NCBI GenBank assembly: GCA_965200485.1
Contig: CBDAUD010000001.1
Coordinates: forward strand, 875,597-939,596
DNA length: 64,000 nt
DNA from: a bacterium
Lineage (GTDB): Bacteria > JAAXHH01
Direction: 5' to 3'
Numbering within the stretch: position 1 is the stretch's first letter; the number at the start of each line of letters is the position of its first letter. Under the pieces are notes generated by a model, which worked only from the letters and a program-made list of their open reading frames with translations, had not been told where the DNA came from and did not search any database. Both the position numbers and the translations under genes were made by a program. Positions 1 to 9,656 of this stretch are shown one piece after another.

Positions 1-1773
1 GTAAAGGGCCACCGTGAATCCCATCCCGGCGCCGATGTATTCCCATTTTATGAGTTGCCCGATCACATCCGACCCACCCGGCAGAGTCGACTTGATCCAA
101 ATCGTTTCCATAGTTGCCTGTAACGGCCACATTTTTTCCACGAATGGATAGGCCGCCGACGGAATGGGCGCCAGTTTCCAGATCAGCGCATAGAAAAGGA
201 AACTGAAGACGATAAGCAGCAGCAGGCTCAATATATACAACTTGACGAGGCTTGGGAATCGCGTTCGCGTGAGTTCCAGTTGCCGGAACGTAGCGACCAC
301 GCCGCTGTGATCGAAAAGAGGAACCGGGGCGAACCAGATCGCCACACCCCTATAGCCCGAAAGGTAGAAGGAGCCCTCTCTGGCGTAGGGGAAGGAAGAT
401 CCGTAAGGCGATCCCGTCAAACCGATCATGCGTGCGCCGATGTAGGAGAAGAAGGGGGTCCACAGGAATCCGAATAGCACGGAGATCCATACCGGAAACG
501 TCGGTTCCAGGTAGTAGACCAGGAGAATGAAGCACAAGGTGGAAATTGCCCAGAGCGCGATAGGAACAGGCAATCTGAAATCGCCCCGGTCCCGCGGCGG
601 CCGGCGGGGACTCCGGTCTCCGGACGCCGCGCCGGTATCCCTCCACAGCAACCGTACGAAGGTCGCGAGGCCGATCAGACCGATGACCAGCGAGGTGCCG
701 ATGGACGAGAAACTCAGCCAGAAGTCGATGGTGTTGTTGATGGATGTGGGAATGGTGCTCATCCCCGGCGACCAACTGTGCAGCAGGCCGAAATGGTACA
801 AGACAGGGTTGGCGATGAAGGTGAGCACGAAAGAACTGATGAAGGTGCCCACCACGATCCAGAACGGAAGGACGAATCCCACCAGGAGCGTGGCCAGGTC
901 CGTGCCAATTCCGATCGGCGTGGCGGGTATCACATCCCGGAAACGCGGCGTGAAGTCCGCAAAGGGTATGGGAAAGACCTCTACGCCCTTGGTCAGCACC
1001 ACGCCGGAAACGGTCGGCACGACAACGTACAGTATACCCCAGCCCAGGCCGATCATGGCGCCGACGGTGAACAGGCGCCACCGCCAGGTCTCCTCTCCCG
1101 CCGAAGACTCCGCAAGCGCGGTCGCACCCGCCGCCTGCACGGGCGCCAGGGGGAAGGGCAGCCGTTCGGTATCAGCCGTAATGCGGAACAGAACGTATCC
1201 CAGGGAAAGAGCGTTGACGAGGCCGAGTACAGAGACAAGGACCGCCAGGAGCACAGGTTGAAGCCATTCCATGGAGAACAATGTGCGCGTGATCAGCGAT
1301 TCGGACCCGCGGGGCGGTGAAACCCACTGGGGCAGAAGCTGTGCCAGGCCGTCCGCCTGGGGCGACTGGATCAGATACTGAAACCAGATCATCTTGGCAA
1401 ACGGTGCGCCGTGGACCGAAGATCCGGCAGCCATCCCGCTGGCGCCCAGTCCCGTCGCCGCCAGCCCGGCGGCCAGCCAGTACAGGATGATGGCCTCCTG
1501 GGGCTTCAGCTTGATGAACAGCCGCTTTCCTATCTCGATGAACATGATGATGGTGACCCACTCCGCGGCGCCGACGAAGCTCTTGCCAGTCACCAGTTCC
1601 AGGTAGATCGCCCCGGGAAGCATGACCAGGCCGACGAAGAAGGCGGCCCAGACGGTTCTTCTGCTGAACCCGTCCTCGTAGGGCAGGTCATCCGGCACGA
1701 TCTGCCATGGTTCCTCCCGCACCGGAGAACCCGTCTCTTCGTTTTCCCGTTCAGGTCTGGTTTGTTCGTTCAT
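1..1773 (-). CDS. Large polytopic membrane protein, uncharacterised family (paralog A; C-terminus runs off the window edge)
   Basis: Minus-strand frame is open from ATG at 1773-1771 (MNEQTRPERENEETG...) down to position 1 with no stop. The translation is strongly hydrophobic and multi-TM. It shares motif order with the 7524-9518 and 16517-18538 proteins (e.g. RITADTERLPFPLAPVQ vs RRQWVEHEKLVFPIMQIP, followed by analogous W/F-rich segments). It is not in the supplied ORF track because it has no in-window stop. It was translated by eye, so local frame errors are possible. Confidence 0.6.
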   Translation of the reverse strand, partial: MNEQTRPERENEETGSPVREEPWQIVPDDLPYEDGFSRRTVWAAFFVGLVMLPGAIYLELVTGKSFVGAAEWVTIIMFIEIGKRLFIKLKPQEAIILYWLAAGLAATGLGASGMAAGSSVHGAPFAKMIWFQYLIQSPQADGLAQLLPQWVSPPRGSESLITRTLFSMEWLQPVLLAVLVSVLGLVNALSLGYVLFRITADTERLPFPLAPVQAAGATALAESSAGEETWRWRLFTVGAMIGLGWGILYVVVPTVSGVVLTKGVEVFPIPFADFTPRFRDVIPATPIGIGTDLATLLVGFVLPFWIVVGTFISSFVLTFIANPVLYHFGLLHSWSPGMSTIPTSINNTIDFWLSFSSIGTSLVIGLIGLATFVRLLWRDTGAASGDRSPRRPPRDRGDFRLPVPIALWAISTLCFILLVYYLEPTFPVWISVLFGFLWTPFFSYIGARMIGLTGSPYGSSFPYAREGSFYLSGYRGVAIWFAPVPLFDHSGVVATFRQLELTRTRFPSLVKLYILSLLLLIVFSFLFYALIWKLAPIPSAAYPFVEKMWPLQATMETIWIKSTLPGGSDVIGQLIKWEYIGAGMGFTVALY

Positions 1774-1776
1774 CCG

Positions 1777-2934
1777 TTACTCGATTCTCAGGTAGTTCCC
1801 CGCTTTTTCCCATTCCGGCCGTGTCAGGCCGTTCAGGTCCCAAACCACCTCTCCCGCCCGGACGGTCAATAGGCCCCTCAGTCGCTGGGTGCCGCGCATG
1901 CGCGCATGTCCCGAATCGACAAATCCGAATTCCCCGTATTCCAGCTCCAATACGGCGATGTCCGCCTCGGCGCCGATGCTCAGCGTACCGAGTTCGGGAC
2001 GCCGAATGACCCGGGCGGGATTGCGTGTGGAACGCATCACCACGTCCTCCAGCGTCATCCCCATGTTGAGGCACTTCGACATGGTCGCGTTCATGCTCGC
2101 GTTCGGAAGCAGGGCGCTGTCCTTGTGGAGGTCCGTGCTGATCGTATCGGGCAGAAAGCCCTGGGCGATGGCCGGTATGGCGATGCGGAACCAGAAACTG
2201 CCGCCGCCATGGCCGAGGTCGAACAGAATGCCCTTGTCCCGAGCTTCGCGGACGTAGGCGTTTACGCTGCCGTTTTCGTCCAGCAGGGGGATGTGCTGTG
2301 CGTAAACGTGCGTATGTATGTCTCCGGGGTTTAGTTTTTTCAACAGCAGATCCCGGTAGCTTCGGGTCGGTTTCGGTGCGAAATCGATCATGGCGATCGT
2401 ACCGCTGCGTCGGGCGGCCTCCACGGCGCCGTCTACCGCCTCCCAGCCGGGTCCACCGAAGTGGGCTGTCTTGGAGCCGACGACGTGTGCGGGGTATTTG
2501 CTGATCATGGCTGCGCAGAGCGCGGGGTCCATCTCTGAAACGTCCTGTTCCACGGCGCCCTCCATGCCGGCGCCCACGATATTGATCAGCGCCAGGACCC
2601 GGGTCTTCGATTCGGCGATGATCGTGTCCTTGAAATGTTCGAACTTCTTCCAGCCGGCGCCCCCCGTATCCAGCACAGTGGTCACCCCGTTAGGCAGCAC
2701 GTGGGCATCGGGGAACAACCAACCCCGGTAGCCGCCGTAGGCGTGCATATGTATGTCAATCAGTCCCGGCGTAACGTAATGACCATGGACGCGGGCCACC
2801 TTCTGGCCGTGTTCCGCCGGGATATCGTGTTTCATCGCCGCGATCACGCCGTCTTTGACGGCGACGTCCCGGTTTCCGTTAATGCCGTTTTCCGGATCGA
2901 TGACGTGGCCGCCCTTGATGATCAGATCGTACAT
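1777..2934 (-). CDS. Amidohydrolase-superfamily metal-dependent hydrolase (D-aminoacylase/dihydroorotase-like)
   Basis: 385-aa ORF. The N-terminal MYDLIIKGGHVIDPENG...GLIDIHMHAY motif is typical of amidohydrolase TIM-barrel metal-binding HxH. It lies 3 nt upstream of paralog A and 19 nt downstream of the 1522-aa gene. Confidence 0.8.
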   Translation of the reverse strand: MYDLIIKGGHVIDPENGINGNRDVAVKDGVIAAMKHDIPAEHGQKVARVHGHYVTPGLIDIHMHAYGGYRGWLFPDAHVLPNGVTTVLDTGGAGWKKFEHFKDTIIAESKTRVLALINIVGAGMEGAVEQDVSEMDPALCAAMISKYPAHVVGSKTAHFGGPGWEAVDGAVEAARRSGTIAMIDFAPKPTRSYRDLLLKKLNPGDIHTHVYAQHIPLLDENGSVNAYVREARDKGILFDLGHGGGSFWFRIAIPAIAQGFLPDTISTDLHKDSALLPNASMNATMSKCLNMGMTLEDVVMRSTRNPARVIRRPELGTLSIGAEADIAVLELEYGEFGFVDSGHARMRGTQRLRGLLTVRAGEVVWDLNGLTRPEWEKAGNYLRIE

Positions 2935-2953
2935 CGCTGCTCCTCTCCTTCGA

Positions 2954-5900
2954 TTAAAGGGGCGTTTGACGATCGAACTGCTCGATATTCCGGTATCGTG
3001 CCTTTATGGGCTCGGAGATCGTCCGCCATACAAGAAACCGCTTCCTCAATACGGTAAAAAATCGGCGGTTGATCGTCTGCCACTGGGCACGGTCTCCGCT
3101 TCGGCGATGGATCACGATGAAGATGCGATAGAGCCGTTCCTCCGGGATCGGCTCCAGTTGCAAACGAACTTCCTGGCTGATGGCCAGATCATACGGCGCC
3201 AGCCAGACGCTGGCCGTCAGGTGATACGTGTCGAAGGCATCCCCTGGCATCACGTCAAGCATGGCGCCCTCGGTGACGAAGTCTTCCGCTGAACTGTCTT
3301 CATGCGTCCGTAGTACATGGGTCAGATAACCGGCCAGCGGCAACGCCTCGGGGACCGTCACCGTGAAGGGAAACTCGAATTGCCAGTCGTCCTCCTCGGG
3401 CGGCGGGGGCGCCCAGCGCCTGGTGACGTCCTCCACCGTCATGTCGGCCGCCTTTTTCGCCGGGTACAGGGTAGACAGGAAGACGACGACCATTACGACC
3501 ACCGTGGCGTAGACGGTCGACAGCGAGGAGTAGTTGAGCGATAGACCGCCCAGTGCTCCCCACTGCAACAGTCCCATGGTGATGATCTGCCCGAAGAGAT
3601 ACCCGAACACGGCCCCAAGCGTCGCGAATACGGCCGCTTCGGCCATGAATAGCGCGGCGACATGATTCGGCGCCAGACCAACGGCGCTGTACACACCGAT
3701 TTCACGGAACCGCTCGAATACGGCACCCATCATCGTATTCAGCACCAGGAAGGCCGCAATGAGCACCGGAATGATCAGATTGGCCAGGCCGGACACCGAG
3801 GTCGCCCCGAGGGAACTGTATACCTTTACTTCGTCGTCCATGCCAACGAAGACGGCCAGGAGGACGCGCGACATGAAGGATTCTACGGTTTCGCGAAGCT
3901 GATCGCCGTCGGCGAATCCCGCGATGGCCACGGACCGCGTAGACCCGTTCAGGTCGAGCGTCTGGCGATAGGGCACCACCAGCACGTTGCGGGACGGAAG
4001 ATGCTCCGATGCCTGGATCGTCGACATGAACACCTCCACGTCCATCTCGGTCAGGCTGCGGGTCATGGAGAAGCTGGCGGGCATGATGCTCTCATCGTCC
4101 ACGTCCCGGTATGCATCGATCCGGTCGGAATCGAGCAGTCCGATCACGGTGTATTCGCCACCGAGGATCTCGACAGCCGTCGTACCTACGTCGTCCGCCG
4201 TCACATTGAGTCGCTCGGCGAGCTCCGTGGGCAACAGGCAGACGGCCCTTTCGCCCCGGTTGAACCATCTGCCGCCCGGCAACAGATAGCGATCCAGGCC
4301 GGTGATGGACGGCTCGTCGGCATGCAGTCCCAGGATAGATTGCACGGTGGTGGCCGTTCCCTTGCCCGGTACCCGCAGGTCGATGTACGGGCTGCTCAGA
4401 TCTTCGGGCTCGTACCACGAACGGGGCACGATCGTAGCGTGTTCCCGGAAGGCGTTCTCCACGTAGGGCAGGAAGGACGTGGGAAGGGCGTGCCACGACA
4501 GGTTGCGCATGAGGACCCCGTTGTACGACGGGGTGTTTTCGCGGTCCAGGGTATAGAATTGAATGCCGGTCTTGAAGGAAGTAAAGGAAAGCACGGTAAA
4601 GGTCAGGAGGGTCAGGGTTACGGCGGTCAGCGCCGTACGCATCTTCCGCTTTCGCAAGTTGGATATGCCCAGGGATATGGCCACCGCCGTGGCGCTCAGC
4701 CGGCCTATGTCGGCTTCGTGCAGGCCGGTCTCGGGACGGGTCAGGTTCTTCATTTCGGTGTCGAACCGAGAAACGATCATGGTGATGATGATCAGTGCCA
4801 GCGCCAGGATGATAAAGGCGAGAAAGACCATGTACGGTGTCAGGCTCAGCTGAAAGGCGGGGTGCACGTTCTGCAGCAGCATGAAAACCGCCGCAAAGAT
4901 CACGCCGACCGCGAGCAGTTGTTTCCGAATGTCCGTGAATCCGAAGAAAAGGCGTTCGAGGAAGAAGCAGAAGGGGATCAGCAGCATGAAATAGAACACG
5001 ATGCCGTCCACCGTGTCGTCCGCGGCATAGCGGACATCGGGATAGGCTCGCGCCTCGTAGCCCCAGGCCTCTCTCGACCGTGCCGCGAAGGCGTCGTAAC
5101 GACGATTCTCCAACGCTTCGCGCGCCGCACGCAATGCCCGCGTGCTCTCCTCGTGCAATTCGGCTGCCCGGGCGTTGGTCACCCCGTGGTCTTCGAGTTG
5201 CATCAACCGGGCCCGGTTGAGCGACCACAAGTCCAGGGCGCTCTGGTAGAACGGATACAGAATCAGTCCCCGGTCCGGCGTGAATCCACGACCCTGTGCC
5301 CGTGCCATGATCTCGTTGGTGACTTGCTCCGGTGGAAGATCGAGCCACGATTCCGGTGTGTTGGTCAGCAGATACTTGACGCCCAGCGGCCCCGCGCTCA
5401 TGAACACTTTGACCGGGTCCTCGGGCTTGGTGAAGACCACCGCGGCGTTGGTCATCCAGTTGCCGAAGAAACTCTGATCTTCGACGAAAGCCGCGCCGTA
5501 CTTGCGCAGCGGACTGTTGTCCCGGCCGAGCACAGTCAGGTTGTCGAGCGCGGTGAAGACGCCGGGGTCCACGATATCGAAGAGGTTGATCTCTTTGCAG
5601 GGAAAGAGGACCTGTATGGTATTGTTCACCTTGGACGAGTTCGGTACCGCGAGCGGGAAGGTTGCGTCGCCCTCTTCACCCAGATCGGGCGCATACACGA
5701 TCCTGCCTTCGGGATCAAGGCCGTAGCTACGTACTTCCGTTGGTCCTTTGGGCTCACGGACCATGGAGAACCGAAATTGCCCCATTGAATCGGCCTGGGT
5801 AACAATGAAGCCCCGCACCCCGCCGTGGCTCTGATAGCCGGGTTCGTAGACGACCAAGGCATCGGCGACCGGTGTGTTGGGCTTGAAGAAGTCGACGGTA

Positions 5901-7522
5901 CGGTCGAATTCCAGGACCCGGCCTTCAATGTCCCGGCCTTCATCCTTGAGCCGGATGGACTCGTCCACCTCGAAGGCCTCGGGGTCCGAAAGCATGGCCG
6001 GAAGCAGTGTGCCGAGGGTCCTGATCTGACGGACCAGGTTGGGGAAATCGACCTCCTCGATCCGGTCCAGAGGCGTGTCTATGCGCAGCCTGTTGTCGTT
6101 CGCCGTGGCGAAGGTCATCCCGTGCAGTCCGGCGAGCGTGACCATCTCGTGGTCGAAAGCAGGCCGCGCGGGCATATAGCTTTCCTGGGACCTGAGCGAA
6201 GGCGTCAGCGTGTTGAGATAGCGTGTGCGCCTCGGTTCATCATGGTACACGCCGGCCTTGCGGGCATAGTTCACGTAACGGTCCGCATAGGGTTCGTACA
6301 GGATCTTCAGGTTCGGGCCGAAGAAGATGAAATCACCATAGCTGAACAGACCGACCTGGTCCATCCTGCTGGTCAGGTCAAGACCCAGGAACAACGTGAA
6401 GGGGATGCGGTCTTCTTCGGGAATCCGATCCAGGAAAAACTCGTCCGCCCGAAAATGCCGGTCCAGGAAGTCGTTTATGCCCTGCAGCCCGTGGAAATGG
6501 GCGGATGTGGCCAGGAACAGCACGGTGTAGCCGGGTGGATGGGCCCTGAGCACCTCCATCAGTTCTAGCAGAGCGGCGATGCCCCCCGCGCTCTCTGCGC
6601 CCGGGGCCTGCCCCGGCACCACTGACATGGCGTCGTAGAACGCCGACAGCACGACGATCCGATCCTTCCACTTCTCCGTGCCGTCACCGCCGGGATGCGG
6701 CTCATCCCGGCCCGGAATCCATCCCATGACGTTCCAGGTATCGGACCGTTCCCAGCTCATGCGCCCCTTGATCGTCACCTGGACCTCTCCGGTCTGCGCC
6801 GCCTGGAGCACTTCTTCCGCATGGGGATCCGGTATCCAGAACCGTGGAACGTCGGCAGGTACATCCAGGATTTTGCGCTGGGCCTGATTATTGGTTATCG
6901 CGCCCGGACCGCTGTCGTAGAACAGCACGGCCCGCGCACCCAGCATGCGCGCGTTGAGGTACTGGTCGCGTCCGTCGAAATCGACCAGAACGATACTACC
7001 CTCGATGTCTTTGCCGTTGAAGTCCTGGAATGCCCCCCGCCGGCCGTAATGCAGCGGCCCCGTAATCCCTTCGGGAAAGGAATTCAACCGCACGAGATTC
7101 GGCCAGAACTGATACACCGGAAACTCGGTTTCCACCGTGTCGTGTACGGTCAGCGTGAAGCCATGGTCTATCGGAGAGGAAACGGTGAAGGTGTCTATGG
7201 CAACCCGGGAAAGGCCTCCGGCCCGGAATGCGTCGACCACGTACTCCATGGCCGCCCGGTTTCCCGGATAACCGACTACGCGCGACGGATTTTCGCTCAT
7301 TGCCCGAACGTGAGACTCGACGCGTTCCCGGGTAACGATTTCGGAAACCTCTTCCAGGGACACCGGCGCCTCTTCGAGCGGCCTGGGCACCACGTCTCCG
7401 GGCAGCGAGACGACTTTCAGGATCACGTGCTCTGTCACCCAGGCCGGTCCTGCCAAGGCCACGGCGAGAAACAGCAGGACGCCGATGGCTAGAAAGAAGT
7501 ATCCCGATATGCGCGAATACAC
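2954..7522 (-). CDS. Fusion protein: N-terminal TM anchor + PA domain + M28-family Zn aminopeptidase, central TM region, C-terminal MacB/FtsX-type permease domain
   Basis: 1522-aa ORF. The PA-like segment is GSIVLVDFDGRDQYLNARMLGARAVLFYDS. The M28-like segment is ...IVVLSAFYDAMSVVPGQAPGAESAGGIAALLELMEVLRAH. The FtsX signature is VSGLANLIIPVLIAAFLVLNTMMGAVFERFREIGVYSAVGLAPNHVAALFMAEA, which is MacB-like (TERTREIG...). A large extracytoplasmic loop sits between TM1 (MRTALTAVTLTLLTF) and the FtsX helices. The start codon sits 1 nt after the stop of the upstream paralog-B gene. Confidence 0.85.
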   Translation of the reverse strand: MYSRISGYFFLAIGVLLFLAVALAGPAWVTEHVILKVVSLPGDVVPRPLEEAPVSLEEVSEIVTRERVESHVRAMSENPSRVVGYPGNRAAMEYVVDAFRAGGLSRVAIDTFTVSSPIDHGFTLTVHDTVETEFPVYQFWPNLVRLNSFPEGITGPLHYGRRGAFQDFNGKDIEGSIVLVDFDGRDQYLNARMLGARAVLFYDSGPGAITNNQAQRKILDVPADVPRFWIPDPHAEEVLQAAQTGEVQVTIKGRMSWERSDTWNVMGWIPGRDEPHPGGDGTEKWKDRIVVLSAFYDAMSVVPGQAPGAESAGGIAALLELMEVLRAHPPGYTVLFLATSAHFHGLQGINDFLDRHFRADEFFLDRIPEEDRIPFTLFLGLDLTSRMDQVGLFSYGDFIFFGPNLKILYEPYADRYVNYARKAGVYHDEPRRTRYLNTLTPSLRSQESYMPARPAFDHEMVTLAGLHGMTFATANDNRLRIDTPLDRIEEVDFPNLVRQIRTLGTLLPAMLSDPEAFEVDESIRLKDEGRDIEGRVLEFDRTVDFFKPNTPVADALVVYEPGYQSHGGVRGFIVTQADSMGQFRFSMVREPKGPTEVRSYGLDPEGRIVYAPDLGEEGDATFPLAVPNSSKVNNTIQVLFPCKEINLFDIVDPGVFTALDNLTVLGRDNSPLRKYGAAFVEDQSFFGNWMTNAAVVFTKPEDPVKVFMSAGPLGVKYLLTNTPESWLDLPPEQVTNEIMARAQGRGFTPDRGLILYPFYQSALDLWSLNRARLMQLEDHGVTNARAAELHEESTRALRAAREALENRRYDAFAARSREAWGYEARAYPDVRYAADDTVDGIVFYFMLLIPFCFFLERLFFGFTDIRKQLLAVGVIFAAVFMLLQNVHPAFQLSLTPYMVFLAFIILALALIIITMIVSRFDTEMKNLTRPETGLHEADIGRLSATAVAISLGISNLRKRKMRTALTAVTLTLLTFTVLSFTSFKTGIQFYTLDRENTPSYNGVLMRNLSWHALPTSFLPYVENAFREHATIVPRSWYEPEDLSSPYIDLRVPGKGTATTVQSILGLHADEPSITGLDRYLLPGGRWFNRGERAVCLLPTELAERLNVTADDVGTTAVEILGGEYTVIGLLDSDRIDAYRDVDDESIMPASFSMTRSLTEMDVEVFMSTIQASEHLPSRNVLVVPYRQTLDLNGSTRSVAIAGFADGDQLRETVESFMSRVLLAVFVGMDDEVKVYSSLGATSVSGLANLIIPVLIAAFLVLNTMMGAVFERFREIGVYSAVGLAPNHVAALFMAEAAVFATLGAVFGYLFGQIITMGLLQWGALGGLSLNYSSLSTVYATVVVMVVVFLSTLYPAKKAADMTVEDVTRRWAPPPPEEDDWQFEFPFTVTVPEALPLAGYLTHVLRTHEDSSAEDFVTEGAMLDVMPGDAFDTYHLTASVWLAPYDLAISQEVRLQLEPIPEERLYRIFIVIHRRSGDRAQWQTINRRFFTVLRKRFLVWRTISEPIKARYRNIEQFDRQTPL

Positions 7523-7523
7523 G

Positions 7524-9518
7524 CTAGTCTATCCCGTAGATATGATGTCCTGCATGCGGAAACCAGATGTAGTCGACAAGCATGGAGATGACCACGCCGG
7601 TAGCGACGCCGAAAATCAAGCCCAGGAAGAAGGGTTGGCCTTTTCGGTAAAGCTCGATCCCGCCCACCCACATCATGATGCGTTTGATGACCCAGCACAC
7701 GAACATGGACGAGACAATCGCCCGGGCGGGCCAGGAGTATGAAAGGAAAAAACCGAGGGGATGCAGCGGCCAGCCCGGCAACCGGGCCCTGAGCATCATG
7801 AGCAGGAACATGAGCGACCCGCCTACAACAAAGAACATCAGCCGTGCCGTGTCCGGTCCGAAGGGATCCCGGATCTTGGCGAGCGTTTCGTTGTAGGGGA
7901 TGGTCGAACCGATCCGGCCGAACCACCATCCGTTGGTAAACTGACGCGTGCCCTGGTCAAACCCCATGTAGATCGTCCAGACCAGCGAAATCACCACGCC
8001 GACCACCGCGGCGGAAAGGAGTGACCAGCCCAGACCCCGGTGCCAGCGCGTACCGATCTCAGACAGTTTGGCCACCTGCATGAAAGCGGGCATGAAGGTG
8101 GACTTGATCTCGCTGATCGGTCCGTAGGTCTGCGCCATGGCCGTCATGGTGGACATGGAAAGGTTGGCCGAACCGACCGAATAGAAAACGAGAACCTGGG
8201 CGATCATGGGCGAACGCACATAGGGCAGCCCGGCCTCGGCGATGATGCGGGAGACGCCGATATAGATGATGAAGACGCCTGCGAGGAGGAATACGGCAAT
8301 GGGTATGTCCATGCCCAGCTGATTCAGCCAGACCACCCCGTAGACGAACCCCCCGAGAAATCCGAATACCGCGACCCGGTAGGGGAGCATCTCTTCCGCA
8401 TCGTCCAGGTCTGATCTGCGGCCGAACGCCTGGGAGACCACGGCCCGGATATGAAACCTCGCCCGCCAGAGTCCCCACCCCACGAATACGATGAAGGCGC
8501 CCATGTTCTGCCAGTCCAGCATGGGATGGCTCGAGGTGTAATTGTCTCTTCCTGGAATGTCGTACCCGATCCGGTTGGCGATGCCCACCTGGATGATCCC
8601 GAGCATGTAGAACACCCAGAATCCGGCCAGCACGTCCAGATTGACGAAATAGGAAATGCCGAGAATGGCCGGGCGGAAGTTGATTTCCAGCGGGGGAAAT
8701 CCGTCGCCGAAGACGATGGGCGGCGCCGAACCGAAATAGGGAAACTGGGGCACGACCGGCGTGAAGTATCCGATCATGTTGTACATCATCACGCAGAACG
8801 GGATGGAAAAGCCGATCCAGAACCGCTTCTCCGTAAGAAAGGCGGGGACGCGACCCGGACTTTCCATGCCCCGGGTAAAGGCGAGGGGAATCTGCATTAT
8901 GGGGAAGACGAGTTTCTCGTGTTCGACCCACTGGCGCCTGAGGATGACCACAAGACACAGTGCCATGAAGATGAGCGGGATGATGAGGGTGAGCCACCAG
9001 AACAGCGGAATGCCCCACACAGTCCAGGGAATGGAGGCGCCGGGGGGGAGACCGTCTACAAACCACGTGAGGGCATTGCCCTGGTTCGTGACGGTCGCCC
9101 AGGGTTGCAGGTACGGGTAGAAATACTCGGCCCACTGGTTCTCGGGTGTGGCCAACAGGTAGGGGGCCATCAGGGTGGAGATGAACGGCGCGCCCATGCC
9201 GTTGGTCGTAAGGCCCGAAGCCGCCATGCCCATGGCCAGGGGAATGACAAACTCATGGGGCGTAAGCGCCCAGTCGGCTTTCCATTTTGCGAGCCCGACG
9301 TTGAAAATGATCAGATAGGCGAAGGCCAGAAAGAGCGCGCCGATGTGGAGATGATCCGCGCCCAGCTGAGACGAGGCCATGGTGTACTGGAAATAAGGCA
9401 CGATCAGCGAGATCAGGACGACGCTTGCCATCCCGAGGAGAATGGATCGCGGCGTAATGATCCGGGTCGCCGACGCCGGGACGGCGGAGGTGTTCACATT
9501 TTGCTGTACTGAGGCCAT
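7524..9518 (-). CDS. Large polytopic membrane protein, uncharacterised family (paralog B)
   Basis: 664-aa ORF, about 14+ predicted TM helices. It is a clear paralog of 16517-18538, with shared motifs FVDGLPPGASIPWTVWGIPLFWW / FYEGLPSGGTIPWRDWIIPMGWW, RRQWVEHEKLVFP / RKQWIERERLTFP, ARLPGWPLHPLGF / HWWPLHPIGW, and C-terminal VDYIWFPHAGHHIYGID / VDVIWFPNSGHIVETW. I cannot assign a named family from memory. Confidence 0.8.
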   Translation of the reverse strand: MASVQQNVNTSAVPASATRIITPRSILLGMASVVLISLIVPYFQYTMASSQLGADHLHIGALFLAFAYLIIFNVGLAKWKADWALTPHEFVIPLAMGMAASGLTTNGMGAPFISTLMAPYLLATPENQWAEYFYPYLQPWATVTNQGNALTWFVDGLPPGASIPWTVWGIPLFWWLTLIIPLIFMALCLVVILRRQWVEHEKLVFPIMQIPLAFTRGMESPGRVPAFLTEKRFWIGFSIPFCVMMYNMIGYFTPVVPQFPYFGSAPPIVFGDGFPPLEINFRPAILGISYFVNLDVLAGFWVFYMLGIIQVGIANRIGYDIPGRDNYTSSHPMLDWQNMGAFIVFVGWGLWRARFHIRAVVSQAFGRRSDLDDAEEMLPYRVAVFGFLGGFVYGVVWLNQLGMDIPIAVFLLAGVFIIYIGVSRIIAEAGLPYVRSPMIAQVLVFYSVGSANLSMSTMTAMAQTYGPISEIKSTFMPAFMQVAKLSEIGTRWHRGLGWSLLSAAVVGVVISLVWTIYMGFDQGTRQFTNGWWFGRIGSTIPYNETLAKIRDPFGPDTARLMFFVVGGSLMFLLMMLRARLPGWPLHPLGFFLSYSWPARAIVSSMFVCWVIKRIMMWVGGIELYRKGQPFFLGLIFGVATGVVISMLVDYIWFPHAGHHIYGID

Positions 9519-9656
9519 GGAAGAGGCTGGGAACAGATCTCGCGATGTTCGGGCACTGGTTTAGACGAGCGAATGGGTTCAGAATATGTAAGGCGGTACA
9601 TGGGATAAGTCAAAGAAAAACAGCGTCGTCACAAATCCTCCGACAGCGTAGTTCCA

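Noticed and set aside
3662-5788. 708-aa plus-strand ORF
   Set aside because: Antisense shadow of the well-supported 1522-aa peptidase-FtsX gene. Arg/His/Gly-rich low-complexity translation typical of high-GC frame shadows.
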